From the NCBI GenBank assembly GCA_026983895.1, contig JALSTF010000200.1, positions 1 through 40,240 of the forward strand: DNA of 40,240 nucleotides. Direction: 5' to 3'. A program made the translations under genes and the position numbers. Of this stretch, positions 1 to 9,286 are shown piece by piece. The DNA comes from Sulfurovum sp. (GTDB lineage: Bacteria > Campylobacterota > Campylobacteria > Campylobacterales > Sulfurovaceae). Under the pieces are notes generated by a model. The model saw only the letters and a list, made by a program, of their open reading frames with translations. It made no database searches and was not told where the DNA came from. Position 1 is the stretch's first letter. The number at the start of each line of letters is the position of its first letter.

Positions 1-39
1 GTAAAGTAAGCTATATTTTATCTATCCTGTCAAAAAATA

Positions 40-70
40 TCCTCACTCCTCACTCCTCACTCCTCACTCC
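40..70. repeat. Tandem heptamer repeat (TCCTCAC)x4 plus partial unit
   Basis: Read directly: TCCTCAC at 40, 47, 54 and 61, then TCC. The same unit recurs at 24157-24187. Confidence 0.95.
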
Positions 71-131
71 ACTTTATCCCCTTTTTATCAACATTTGGAT
101 ACTCTTACAAAAATTCAATAATTGGATCAAT

Positions 132-1109
132 ATGCTTATAGACGGACATGGCCGGACAGTGAACTATTTACGTGTTTCCGTAACAGAAAGATGTAACTTC
201 AGATGCCAGTATTGTATGCCGGAAAAACCTTTTTCATGGGTACCCAAAGAAAACCTCCTCTCTTTTGAGGAACTGTTTCTTTTTATGAAAGTGGCTATGG
301 ATGAAGGGGTGAACAAAATACGTATCACAGGGGGTGAACCGCTACTGAGGGAAGATCTCGATACCTTCATAAAAATGATACATGAGTATAAACCCGATAT
401 AGACCTTGCGCTGACCACCAATGCCTATCTTTTGCCTCAAACTGCGCAAAGGCTTAAAGACGCAGGACTGAAAAGATTGAATATTTCCCTGGATTCGCTC
501 AAGCCGGAAGTCGCGCACAAGATCGCACAGAAAGATGTATTGGGCCAGGTACTCAAGGGCATAGACAAAGCCCTTGAAGTCGGTCTGGGTGTCAAGATCA
601 ATATGGTACCGCTTAAAGGGATCAATGACGATGAGATCATCGATGTGATGGAATACTGTATGGACAGAGGCATCAAGGTACGTTTCATTGAATATATGGA
701 GAACAGACATGCCAATATCGATCTCAGGGGTATGCATGGCAAAGAGATCCTGACCAAAGTAAAAGAGAAATACACGATCCATGCTTTGGGAAGAGAGGGT
801 GCGAGTCCTTCCTTTAATTACAAGATAGAAGAGAATGGCTATGAATTCGGGCTTATCGATCCGCACAAGCACGATTTCTGTGAAAACTGTAACCGTATCA
901 GGCTCACAGCGGAAGGAAACTTGATTCCCTGTCTCTATTTTGATGAAGCGATGAGTATTGCAGATTCTGTGAAAAAAGGTGATATACAGGGGGCGGCAGA
1001 CGTACTTGCACAGGTATTGAAAGATAAGCCCAAAGAGAACCGCTGGAGTGAAGACAACCCCAATGAAGAAGATATCTCTTCGAGGGCGTTCTATGAGACG
1101 GGGGGATGA
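132..1109 (+). CDS. moaA: GTP 3',8-cyclase (molybdenum cofactor biosynthesis)
   Basis: [17 protein letters not shown] radical SAM motif, [24 protein letters not shown] second cluster motif, C-terminal GG. Confidence 0.97.
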   Translation: MLIDGHGRTVNYLRVSVTERCNFRCQYCMPEKPFSWVPKENLLSFEELFLFMKVAMDEGVNKIRITGGEPLLREDLDTFIKMIHEYKPDIDLALTTNAYLLPQTAQRLKDAGLKRLNISLDSLKPEVAHKIAQKDVLGQVLKGIDKALEVGLGVKINMVPLKGINDDEIIDVMEYCMDRGIKVRFIEYMENRHANIDLRGMHGKEILTKVKEKYTIHALGREGASPSFNYKIEENGYEFGLIDPHKHDFCENCNRIRLTAEGNLIPCLYFDEAMSIADSVKKGDIQGAADVLAQVLKDKPKENRWSEDNPNEEDISSRAFYETGG

Positions 1110-1149
1110 TTGCTTTGCAATCAAATGAGAAATGTAACAAGGAGAACCC

Positions 1150-1908
1150 TTGTTTTATCTGACAGAGCAGTTCTTTTCTATCCAGGGAGAAGGGAAGTAT
1201 GCGGGGGTGCCTTCGTATTTTCTTCGTACCGGGGGATGTAATCTTTCCTGTCCCGGATTTGGGGCAACATATGAAGTCGATGGCGAAACGCGGTATGGCT
1301 GTGACACGTACTTTGCGGTGGACAGCAGTTATGCAAAATCCTGGACCAAAGTAGACGACGCTGCAGCACTGATCGAAACCCTCAAAAAAGAATTTGAAAC
1401 GATAGGCTATAAGCCGGATATGGTTATTACCGGCGGAGAGCCCTTGATGTATCATGCCGACAGTACTTTTTATGAAGTCATTTCATGGCTGGTCGAAGAG
1501 GATATCCAAATCACTTTTGAGACCAATGGTACGATAGAGATCGACTTTGACAGGTATCCTGCCTATCAGTCCTGCGTCTTCGCACTCTCTTTGAAGCTTG
1601 CCAACTCGGGAGAGCCCAAGTCCAAGCGTATTGTACCGCAGGCACTCAGGGCGATAGGCAAGTATACCAAAGAGTCATTTTTGAAGTTCACCATCGATGC
1701 TGCACTGGTAGAGACCACAGCGATCGATGAGATCAACGAGATCAGAGAGATCCTTCCCGATCTTCCTGTCTACTGCATGCCCGTCGGTGAGAGTCGCGAC
1801 ACCATCTGGCGCAATGACAAAGCGGTATTTGAGTTTTGCATGAAACACAATTTCCGCTACTCGGATCGCCTGCATATCCGCGTGTTTGATACGACACAGG
1901 GAGTGTGA
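1150..1908 (+). CDS. queE: 7-carboxy-7-deazaguanine synthase (queuosine biosynthesis)
   Basis: FFSIQGEG, GCNLSC...GCDT, VITGGEP, FETNGT, RLHI motifs; TTG start after an AAGGAG RBS. Confidence 0.92.
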   Translation: MFYLTEQFFSIQGEGKYAGVPSYFLRTGGCNLSCPGFGATYEVDGETRYGCDTYFAVDSSYAKSWTKVDDAAALIETLKKEFETIGYKPDMVITGGEPLMYHADSTFYEVISWLVEEDIQITFETNGTIEIDFDRYPAYQSCVFALSLKLANSGEPKSKRIVPQALRAIGKYTKESFLKFTIDAALVETTAIDEINEIREILPDLPVYCMPVGESRDTIWRNDKAVFEFCMKHNFRYSDRLHIRVFDTTQGV

Positions 1909-1922
1909 TCCTTTTAGGGTAT

Positions 1923-2663
1923 CTATGCTGTGATGAATCCATAACACATTTTGAAAGCCAGCAGATAGAGCAGCAGCGCCATGATCTTTTTGATCTGTTT
2001 TTGTTCCAGCTTGAAGTGCATCAGATAGTTTCCGATGTATCCCCCTCCCATAGCTCCCAATGCCACAGTGAACAGCAGTTTCCAGTCAAGAGGGACATAG
2101 GAAGCATAGGTGGCAAAAGAGCTCAGTGCGGCAAAAGGTACGACGAAACTGACAGATACAGCGACTTTCTTTGGATCATACCCAAGCATGATTAGAAGCG
2201 GGATAAGAAGATTTCCCCCACCGACACCGAGAAGTCCTGCCATGAAACCGACACTGGCACCTACAAGAAAAGGTACGATCTTTGTATGGGAATGTATCAA
2301 AGCCTTTTTTTTGCCAAAGAGCATCATGGTTGCACTGTAGAAGAGCAGGAAGATAAAAAGAATCTTGACATATTTTGCCGGTACATATTGGCTCATATAG
2401 GCTCCTAAAGGTGCAAAAACAAGCATCATCAGTGCAATAGGCCATACAAAACGGAAATCGAGTACTTTACGTTTGATATTCATTATACTGGATGTAATGG
2501 TGGTAGAGGCACCGGCAAAGAGACCTACTGCCTTGGCTACGGTAAAGTCAAGGCCGAGAAAATGCAAAATGGGTATCAGGGCTATGCCTGAACCGGTACC
2601 GCCCATAGAGAAGAGTGCAGAAAGGACAAAAGAAAGTATGCCAAAGAGAAAGTAGTCATTCAT
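1923..2663 (-). CDS. Sulfite exporter TauE/SafE family membrane protein
   Basis: About 8 TM segments with duplicated GxGGG..lIP motifs (GGTGSGIALIP, GVGGGNLLIP). Confidence 0.85.
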   Translation of the reverse strand: MNDYFLFGILSFVLSALFSMGGTGSGIALIPILHFLGLDFTVAKAVGLFAGASTTITSSIMNIKRKVLDFRFVWPIALMMLVFAPLGAYMSQYVPAKYVKILFIFLLFYSATMMLFGKKKALIHSHTKIVPFLVGASVGFMAGLLGVGGGNLLIPLLIMLGYDPKKVAVSVSFVVPFAALSSFATYASYVPLDWKLLFTVALGAMGGGYIGNYLMHFKLEQKQIKKIMALLLYLLAFKMCYGFITA

Positions 2664-2696
2664 AAACGGTTTTCCTTCATAAGGTATGATAATGAC

Positions 2697-2736
2697 AAAT
2701 ATAATTTCAAAATATCTTATAAGGGAAATTATATTT
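2697..2736. promoter_or_regulatory. 12-bp perfect inverted repeat in the divergent tauE/MFS promoter region
   Basis: AAATATAATTTC (2697-2708), 16-nt spacer, GAAATTATATTT (2725-2736). AT-rich, so significance is uncertain. Confidence 0.4.
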
Positions 2737-2737
2737 A

Positions 2738-2760
2738 AATGGGAGTAATATTCTCCTTAT
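2738..2760. promoter_or_regulatory. Candidate operator, copy 1 (AATGGGAGTAATATTCTCCTTAT)
   Basis: Aligns with the palindromes at 6881 and 15237; lies 20-40 nt upstream of the MFS start. Confidence 0.5.
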
Positions 2761-2779
2761 TAACCACAATGGAGTAAAC

Positions 2780-4123
2780 ATGAAAGAGATCGTTAAAAAA
2801 GTTTTACCTTTAAGTTTGATCGTTGCCCTGAGGTTTTTCGGGCTTTTTATTGTCCTGTCGGTGCTTTCGCAGTATGCGAAAGACCTACCCGGAGGGAATG
2901 CCTTCCTTGCGGGTGTGGCACTGGGCGGATATGCGTTGACTCAGGCTGTACTTCAGGTGCCTTTTGGTGTCATGAGTGACAAAATAGGCCGCAAAAAGAC
3001 CATTTTGTTCGGCTTGCTGCTCTTTGCCGCAGGTTCGGTCGTCGCAGCTATAGCGGATAATATCTATATCCTGCTTCTTGGCCGTTTCCTGCAGGGTGCA
3101 GGGGCGATCGGTTCTGTGGTCACTGCGATGATAGCCGACCACGTGCGTGAAGACCAGAGAGCCCATGCCATGGCGGTCATGGGTATGACCATCGCGATGA
3201 GTTTTGCCGCAGCCATGATCATCGGGCCTGTGATGGCAGGCTACCTGAGCGTTTCTTCGCTCTTCTGGCTGACTGCCATCCTCTCTCTGAGTGCACTGGT
3301 CATTCTCTTTACTGCAGTACCGGAGCCTCCAAAGATCGTCCATCACTATAGTGAAGAAGAAGCGAAGATCAAACATGTGTTCAAAGACAAAGATCTGGTA
3401 CGTATGTATATTACGTTCCTGTTTCACAGCGGAACGATGGCGATCGCATTTTTCATCATTCCGATCGTGATGAAAGAGAAGTTCGATATGACGACGCTGG
3501 ATTACTGGAAGGTCTATCTGCCGGCGGTATTCTTCGGTATTCTGGCGATGGGACCGGCGGCTGTCTTTGGTGAAAAGTACAGCAAAGGGAAAGAAGTCTT
3601 TTTGGCCTCTATCGCTTTCATCGTAGCTTCCTTCCTCCTGATGGGATTCTCGAACAGTTTTGTCTGGTTCGCGGTAGGTGCAACATTCTTTTTCATAGGC
3701 TTCAATATGTTCGAACCGCTGCTGCAGAGTTTTGTGGCAAAATTTGCCAAAGTCCATCAAAAAGGAGCAGCACTGGGTGTGGCCAATACTTTTGCCTATG
3801 TCGGTGTCTTCCTGGGCGGTGCGATCGGCGGCTGGATCTACGGACACTACAGTGCGCAGGGGGTAACGATCTTTGTAGTCGTACTGGCAGTTTTCTGGGC
3901 ACTTTGGATCCTGGGGATGCGAAACCCGGGACTCAGAGCCAATCTTTTCCTGGATTTCGATACGTATGACAAAACAAAACTTCAGGGGCTTAAAACGCTC
4001 GATGGCGTGACTGATTTCTATGTCAATGAAACAGAAGGGCTGATCGTGGTCAAGTATGATGCCGAAGAGGTGAGTGAAGATCACATCAAAACATTCCTCA
4101 AAGAGGAAGGCGCCCAAAGATGA
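2780..4123 (+). CDS. MFS transporter, YajR-like, with soluble C-terminal extension
   Basis: 12 TM; motif A (GVMSDKIGRKK); GRFLQGAGAI; GFNMFEP; C-terminal ferredoxin-like/YAM-type tail. Confidence 0.88.
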   Translation: MKEIVKKVLPLSLIVALRFFGLFIVLSVLSQYAKDLPGGNAFLAGVALGGYALTQAVLQVPFGVMSDKIGRKKTILFGLLLFAAGSVVAAIADNIYILLLGRFLQGAGAIGSVVTAMIADHVREDQRAHAMAVMGMTIAMSFAAAMIIGPVMAGYLSVSSLFWLTAILSLSALVILFTAVPEPPKIVHHYSEEEAKIKHVFKDKDLVRMYITFLFHSGTMAIAFFIIPIVMKEKFDMTTLDYWKVYLPAVFFGILAMGPAAVFGEKYSKGKEVFLASIAFIVASFLLMGFSNSFVWFAVGATFFFIGFNMFEPLLQSFVAKFAKVHQKGAALGVANTFAYVGVFLGGAIGGWIYGHYSAQGVTIFVVVLAVFWALWILGMRNPGLRANLFLDFDTYDKTKLQGLKTLDGVTDFYVNETEGLIVVKYDAEEVSEDHIKTFLKEEGAQR

Positions 4124-4632
4124 AAGAGATCACGCTTGAGACCAAAATAGCGGATCTGCTCAATGATTATGAGGGGATGAAAGATATCCTTATCAAGATC
4201 AATCCCAAGTTCAAAAAGCTGAACAATCCTGTACTGAGACGCACTTTGGCAAAGATCGCCGGAGTGAAACAGGCAGCGGTTGTCGGAGGAATGGATCCTG
4301 AAGATTTGCTCAATCAGCTAAGAGTCGCTGTAGGACAGAAGCCTGTGAAGTCCCATGGGGAGAAAGAAGATCATGTTGTTGAAGTACGGCCTGACTGGAT
4401 CAGCAGTGAAGCCAAAACCTCTTTGAATGCCAATGAAATGCTGGACAGGGAAAAGAACCCTTTGGCGGAGGCGAACAAAATACTGAAAAAGCTTGAGACA
4501 GGTGATATCCTCACGATTGTTTCAGATTTTCGTCCCGAGCCGCTTATCGAAGCATTTGAAAAGGCAGGGCATACTGTCTATTGTGACGCCAAGGCCGATG
4601 ACCGTTTTGTAACATATGTGAAAAAACAGTGA
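4120..4632 (+). CDS. DUF1858-domain protein with C-terminal DUF2249/TusA-like domain
   Basis: N-terminal ITLETKIADLL..FKKLNNPVLRRTLAK pattern; C-terminal IVSDFRPEPLI; ATGA overlap with the MFS gene. Confidence 0.7.
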   Translation: MKEITLETKIADLLNDYEGMKDILIKINPKFKKLNNPVLRRTLAKIAGVKQAAVVGGMDPEDLLNQLRVAVGQKPVKSHGEKEDHVVEVRPDWISSEAKTSLNANEMLDREKNPLAEANKILKKLETGDILTIVSDFRPEPLIEAFEKAGHTVYCDAKADDRFVTYVKKQ

Positions 4633-5159
4633 AACTGCATACTTCAATATCGGTCGTGATACGTATTGTCCTGTGGCTTGTAATGCTGATAGGCGGTGCT
4701 GCATATTCTTTGATGAGAGACTGGTATACTCCGATTTTTTCCAATATATTGTTTCACGTGATTTCCGCCCTGTTTGGCATTGTGGTACTGAAATTGGCTT
4801 TCCGGGCGGCAGCCAACGGTGGCAGAGAATTGACCAAGGGCAGGATAGGCGACATCCCCAGACTGGAAACCAACAGACTGGTGACCACGGGGATATTCAG
4901 CTGCATGCGCCACCCGATGCTTTTTGGTTTGACACTTTTGCCTCTGGGTTGGGCGCTTTTACTGGGTTCGCCAACGTTCATCACGATCGTCGCACCTGCA
5001 GAAATGCTTTTTATTATGCTGATGGTGCTTATATTTGAAGAGATGGAAGTGAAGAGAAAATTTGGTGAAAAGTATGAGGCCTATAAGCAGGAAGTGCCTA
5101 TGGTCTCTTTTTCAAAAACATGTTTGAAAACCCTTTTTAGGGGCAAGGAGAAAACATAG
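4629..5159 (+). CDS. Isoprenylcysteine carboxylmethyltransferase (ICMT/PEMT) family membrane methyltransferase
   Basis: LVTTGIFSCMRHPMLFG and EE..V..KFGEKYEAYKQEVP family motifs; GTGA overlap with the upstream gene. Confidence 0.85.
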   Translation: MKLHTSISVVIRIVLWLVMLIGGAAYSLMRDWYTPIFSNILFHVISALFGIVVLKLAFRAAANGGRELTKGRIGDIPRLETNRLVTTGIFSCMRHPMLFGLTLLPLGWALLLGSPTFITIVAPAEMLFIMLMVLIFEEMEVKRKFGEKYEAYKQEVPMVSFSKTCLKTLFRGKEKT

Positions 5160-5160
5160 C

Positions 5161-5664
5161 ATGCACTTTACACTCAAGCCAATCGCCACGATCCATTCGC
5201 CTTTTTGCGAACTGGTCAACATGCCTGTTCAGCCCAAAGGAGCCGGAAATGTCTATGCTACGATCGAATTTGAAAAGGAGTATGAAGAGGGACTTAAAGA
5301 TCTGGACGGTTTCAGCCATGTCTATCTTATCTATCATTTTCACAAAGTGAAGGAGCCGAAACTGAGTGTTGTTCCCTTCAATGACAAGACCAATACGCCT
5401 AGGGGCGTATTTTCCACAAGAACACCGATGCATCCCAACGGACTGGGGCTTTCCGTGGTAGAGTTGGTCAAAGTGGAGGGAAATATCGTGACGATCAAGG
5501 GTGTGGATATCCTGGACGCGACACCGCTGTTGGATATCAAACCCTATATTGAGAATTTTGACAAAGCGGAAGGGGAGATACGTTCGGGCTGGATGCAATC
5601 TGGGATTGATGAGGTCAGAGAGAAAAGGTCTGATGACAGATTTGTTCATGCCGATTCAAGATAA
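5161..5664 (+). CDS. trmO: TrmO/TsaA-like SAM-binding tRNA methyltransferase (single domain)
   Basis: GLKDLDGFSHVYLIYHFH, RGVFSTRTPMHPNGLGLS, DATPLLDIKPY motifs. Confidence 0.88.
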   Translation: MHFTLKPIATIHSPFCELVNMPVQPKGAGNVYATIEFEKEYEEGLKDLDGFSHVYLIYHFHKVKEPKLSVVPFNDKTNTPRGVFSTRTPMHPNGLGLSVVELVKVEGNIVTIKGVDILDATPLLDIKPYIENFDKAEGEIRSGWMQSGIDEVREKRSDDRFVHADSR

Positions 5665-5667
5665 CGT

Positions 5668-6885
5668 ATGTTCAAAATAGACGACCACAAAAACAACACC
5701 AAAAATGTTGTTCATGCCTTCTTCCTGGCATTGGCCATTACCATTGCCGAACCTTCGACCATTCTGCCTTTGATGGTACACCATTTCAGTGACAGCATGG
5801 TCATTGTTGGTCTCTTTGCCTCACTGCTGCGGGGCGGGGCGATCGTTATTCAGCTTTATGCCGCTTTTCATGCGCAGACCTACAAACGGGTACTCCCCTA
5901 CATTAAAAAAGTCTTTTTCTTTCGCTGGATCAGCTGGTTCGCTATAGGAGCAAGTATTTTTCTTATCGGGGACAGCAACAAAACGCTTACACTTTTTTTC
6001 ATCGGGGCAGGACTTTTTTTCTTCTCGTTCACCGCAGGTTTCGGTGCCATCTATTTTAAAGAACTCCAGGCCAAACTCTTTTCCAAAGCCTATCGGGGGA
6101 AGACGATGGCAAACAGGAATATTGCCGGGTCGGTCGCTTCTATTATCAGTGGCGGTGTGGCGGGATATGTGCTTAACCATTATGATGCTCCGCTGAATTA
6201 TGCATATCTTTTTATGGTGAGCAGCCTTTTTATGGTTGTAGGATTTGTTACCTTTGCTACCATAGTGGAACCCTCGAAGGAACATGTCTCTGCAAAAGAG
6301 AAACATTTTGGTCTCTTTGTCCAAAATGCAGTTTCTATACTGAAAAAAGACAAAAGACTTCAGCAGCAGATCTTTGCGATCTTTCTCAGCTACAGTTACT
6401 TTTTGTCCATGCCTTTTGTAATCCTCAATGCCAACAGCGCGTTTACCCTGACGGGATGGATGCTGGGCGGATTTATTACTGTGCAGATGCTGGGCAGTAT
6501 CATTGGAAGCAGTGTGTTATGGAGAAAAATACATGATTACGAAAAGATGCTTTCCCTCAGTTTCCTTTTTATGATCGCTGCTTTTGTCATAGCGGTATTT
6601 GCCGACAATGTCTATCTCTATGCCGTCATTTTTCTTCTTTTCGGCATAGCACTGGACGGATTCAATATTTCGGGTATGAATCTGGTCATAGAGATAGCCC
6701 CCGAGGATAAAAGACCTGTCTATACCGCAGTACAGACGAATATCGTCTCTCTGGGGCTCTTTTTTCCTATACTTGGAGGGATCATCTTAAAGCTTGTGGG
6801 CAGTTACACGGTCATCTATCTTTTGAGTATCGCTATGTTGATATGGGGTTTTTATATCAGTACCCGGCTGAAAGAGATCAAATAG
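5668..6885 (+). CDS. MFS transporter
   Basis: About 12 TM segments; AYRGKTMA and EIAPEDKRPVY loops typical of MFS proteins. Confidence 0.8.
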   Translation: MFKIDDHKNNTKNVVHAFFLALAITIAEPSTILPLMVHHFSDSMVIVGLFASLLRGGAIVIQLYAAFHAQTYKRVLPYIKKVFFFRWISWFAIGASIFLIGDSNKTLTLFFIGAGLFFFSFTAGFGAIYFKELQAKLFSKAYRGKTMANRNIAGSVASIISGGVAGYVLNHYDAPLNYAYLFMVSSLFMVVGFVTFATIVEPSKEHVSAKEKHFGLFVQNAVSILKKDKRLQQQIFAIFLSYSYFLSMPFVILNANSAFTLTGWMLGGFITVQMLGSIIGSSVLWRKIHDYEKMLSLSFLFMIAAFVIAVFADNVYLYAVIFLLFGIALDGFNISGMNLVIEIAPEDKRPVYTAVQTNIVSLGLFFPILGGIILKLVGSYTVIYLLSIAMLIWGFYISTRLKEIK

Positions 6886-6903
6886 GAGTAATTTAGTCTT
6901 ATT
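6881..6903. promoter_or_regulatory. Candidate operator, copy 2 (AATAGGA-N9-TCTTATT)
   Basis: Imperfect palindrome overlapping the MFS stop codon, upstream of the NifU-domain gene. Confidence 0.6.
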
Positions 6904-6961
6904 TAAGTAAAAGGGTAGTATATTTGTATTAGTTATTTATTTGATAATAAAGGATTATGAA

Positions 6962-7318
6962 ATGCACTTTTCAGATGAAGATATCTACGAAGCGGTCAAG
7001 CATCACTTGCCTGCTGTCAATGAATATGTGGAGTCCCATGGAGGAGCGATCAAGCTTCTTGGGGTCAAAGACGGTGTGGTCTATATTGAATTGACCGGCA
7101 CCTGCCATGGATGTGCCATGAGCCTGATGACAACAAAGATGGTCGTACAGAAGAAGCTCAGAGAGCTTATCCATCCGGAACTTGTTGTCGTAAATGTCGA
7201 TGGCACGCCGGAAAATGCATTGCCGGAGGATATCTATTATAAAGAAGAGGATCATCGCGAGGAAGAAGAGATAGAAGAAGAGAGCCTCTGGGACAAAGCC
7301 AAAAAGGTCTTTTCATAG
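6962..7318 (+). CDS. NifU C-terminal (Nfu) domain Fe-S carrier with acidic tail
   Basis: SHGGAIKLLGV..VYIELTGTCHGCAMS (CxxC) Nfu motif; start moved to ATG 6962, which follows an AAGGA RBS. Confidence 0.88.
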   Translation: MHFSDEDIYEAVKHHLPAVNEYVESHGGAIKLLGVKDGVVYIELTGTCHGCAMSLMTTKMVVQKKLRELIHPELVVVNVDGTPENALPEDIYYKEEDHREEEEIEEESLWDKAKKVFS

Positions 7319-7385
7319 GATTTAGAGATGCCCTTAAGCTATCTTGGTTAAAATCAGCCATAATTATCCGGAGTAAGGAGTATCG

Positions 7386-7967
7386 ATGCTGATACGCAAA
7401 CTTTTTAAATTTGAGAATGCCCATATTGTCAGGGATTGTTCCACGCGCCGCTGCAGCGAGAATATACACGGACACTCCTACAAGGTAGAGGTGCTTCTTG
7501 AATCGAATTATCTCGACAACGGACAGATGGTGTATGATTTTGGTTTAACCAAGCTTTATATCAAGGAGCTTATCGAAGCATTCGACCATGGTATCACGCT
7601 CTGGAACGGTGATGACAAAGCCTATCTGAATGCGATGAAGCAGCACAGCAGCCGCTGGATAGAACTTCCGGTCTCTCCTTCGGCAGAGCAGTTCTCCCGT
7701 GTGATCTATCTGCTGGTGGAACGGGTTCTTGCGTGTACGCAGATGCAAAACGGGGAGAGAGAGGTAACACTGCACAGTATCATCGTGCATGAGACGGAAA
7801 CAGGATATGCTCAGGGTTTCAGAGAAGATGCACACAGCGAGCTTATGGGGAAGATAGCCCTGGAAAATATCGTTTTCTCAGAGCAGATACGATCCGAATG
7901 GAGTGATCCGAAGCTTTGGGAAAAACTTTTAACGCATGCATCTTTAAAAATGCCGAAAAAAGTGTAG
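7386..7967 (+). CDS. queD: 6-carboxytetrahydropterin synthase
   Basis: FENAH, IHGHSY, DFG, FDH, PSAE and VHET motifs. Confidence 0.9.
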   Translation: MLIRKLFKFENAHIVRDCSTRRCSENIHGHSYKVEVLLESNYLDNGQMVYDFGLTKLYIKELIEAFDHGITLWNGDDKAYLNAMKQHSSRWIELPVSPSAEQFSRVIYLLVERVLACTQMQNGEREVTLHSIIVHETETGYAQGFREDAHSELMGKIALENIVFSEQIRSEWSDPKLWEKLLTHASLKMPKKV

Positions 7968-7985
7968 CACCGTTATTATAAAAAA

Positions 7986-7993
7986 GGTATAAT
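7986..7993 (+). promoter_or_regulatory. Sigma70 -10 element (ggTATAAT)
   Basis: TATAAT at 7988-7993 after an A-rich tract, upstream of the gene starting at 8037. Confidence 0.6.
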
Positions 7994-8036
7994 CCTTTTC
8001 AAATTTATGGGTCAGAGTACCCCACAGGAGTTTTTT

Positions 8037-8462
8037 ATGACAGCACAGATGATTGCATCACACAGCATTCTGGTCAAGATATTTTTGGCCTTTTTGATCG
8101 CAGGTTTTTTTATCCCGAAGATGACGGCAAAACATCCCCTGAAGTTTAAAAAAGCAAGTTTTATCTACACAATGGTCTTTCAGGCGATCGCGACGATGAT
8201 CGCGTTTACAGGTATATTGGTCATGGTGGTAGGAAAGTATGGTTTTTCTTTGAGTATCATCCTTATGATATTCATCTGGGCGGCGATGATGTTCATCGAG
8301 ATCAGGAAATACAAAGTGATCAAAACGGCGAATGTCGAAGACCCTGAAAAACATGCATTGCTCAAGAGTCTTTTTTACAAGATCTCAGCAGTACAGGTCT
8401 TTCTGGTCGCAGTAATGGTTGTTTTGATGGTGTTCAAAGCCAAAGGTATGATAGCTATTTAA
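8037..8462 (+). CDS. Hypothetical 4-TM membrane protein
   Basis: Four hydrophobic segments; AGGAG RBS before ATG 8037; abuts rsmE. Confidence 0.75.
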   Translation: MTAQMIASHSILVKIFLAFLIAGFFIPKMTAKHPLKFKKASFIYTMVFQAIATMIAFTGILVMVVGKYGFSLSIILMIFIWAAMMFIEIRKYKVIKTANVEDPEKHALLKSLFYKISAVQVFLVAVMVVLMVFKAKGMIAI

Positions 8463-8465
8463 ACG

Positions 8466-9134
8466 ATGCAGTATCTTTATCATCAGGAGGCGGGCAGTCC
8501 GCAGCTTACACTGACAGGCGATGCGCATCGTTACATTTTCAAAGTACGCAGACACAAACTTGACGATACCCTGTACCTGCGAAACCTGCAGGACGGTTTG
8601 CTTCATCGTTACCAGATCACTTTTATGGACAAGCGTACTGCCATGCTTGCACTCCAGGAGAGCAGTACACTGGAGGTCAAAGCTTCCAGAGTGCTGCATA
8701 TCGGCTGGTGCATCATCGATCCCAAAAGTATAGAGAAGGTACTGCCTTCTCTCAATGAGATGGGTGTGGCGAAGATCACATTTATTTACTGTAAACGTTC
8801 GCAGAAAAGTTTCAAGCCCGATTTCAAACGGCTTGAAAAGATATTGCTGAATTCTTCACAGCAGTCGGGCCGTTCGGTGATGATGCAGCTGGATATGGCA
8901 GAGAATCTTGAAGTGTTCCTTGCCAAAAATCCACAAAGCAAGATGCTGAATTTCTCTGAAAACCATTTCATTTCCACTAAGGATATAGAGACGATCGTCA
9001 TAGGGTGTGAAGGTGGTTTCCATGAGGATGAAGCGGATTTGTTCAGTCCGGAGAATATTGTGGGATTTGATACACGGCTGATCCTCAAAAGTGAAAGTGC
9101 GGCCTGTGCCGTCGCGGCCAAACTGCTTTTATAG
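8466..9134 (+). CDS. rsmE: 16S rRNA (uracil1498-N3)-methyltransferase
   Basis: HRYIFKVRR, LNEMGV, SSQQSGR, IGCEGGF, ILKSESA SPOUT motifs. Confidence 0.9.
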   Translation: MQYLYHQEAGSPQLTLTGDAHRYIFKVRRHKLDDTLYLRNLQDGLLHRYQITFMDKRTAMLALQESSTLEVKASRVLHIGWCIIDPKSIEKVLPSLNEMGVAKITFIYCKRSQKSFKPDFKRLEKILLNSSQQSGRSVMMQLDMAENLEVFLAKNPQSKMLNFSENHFISTKDIETIVIGCEGGFHEDEADLFSPENIVGFDTRLILKSESAACAVAAKLLL

Positions 9135-9152
9135 TTTTTTAAAAATCTTTTG

Positions 9153-9160
9153 GATATAAT
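9153..9160 (+). promoter_or_regulatory. Sigma70 -10 element for rpmE (gaTATAAT)
   Basis: TATAAT at 9155-9160 with periodic T/A tracts upstream. Confidence 0.65.
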
Positions 9161-9166
9161 TCGCCT

Positions 9167-9286
9167 CTAAAATTGCTGTCTCGCTCAAAGAAGCGTTGCA
9201 GCGCCCCCTGCATATGCAGCGGAAGGGTGCACTGCACCGGAACAGGTTGGTTGCCTGTCATTAAAATAAACGATAAAGGTCTTAAC
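9167..9286 (+). ncRNA. Candidate structured 5' leader of rpmE
   Basis: GC-rich stems CGCT/AGCG, TGCAG..CTGCA enclosing the CTGCATATGCAG palindrome, and ACAGG/CCTGT, all between the -10 element and the start codon. Confidence 0.4.

Noticed and set aside
9170-9265. SRP RNA or tRNA upstream of rpmE
   Set aside because: No SRP domain IV consensus and no tRNA cloverleaf or T-loop on either strand.
9173-9286. Cys-rich 38-aa N-terminal extension of L31 in the ORF track
   Set aside because: TTG start without an RBS immediately after the promoter; the canonical MRKGIHP start has its own RBS. Treated as 5' UTR.
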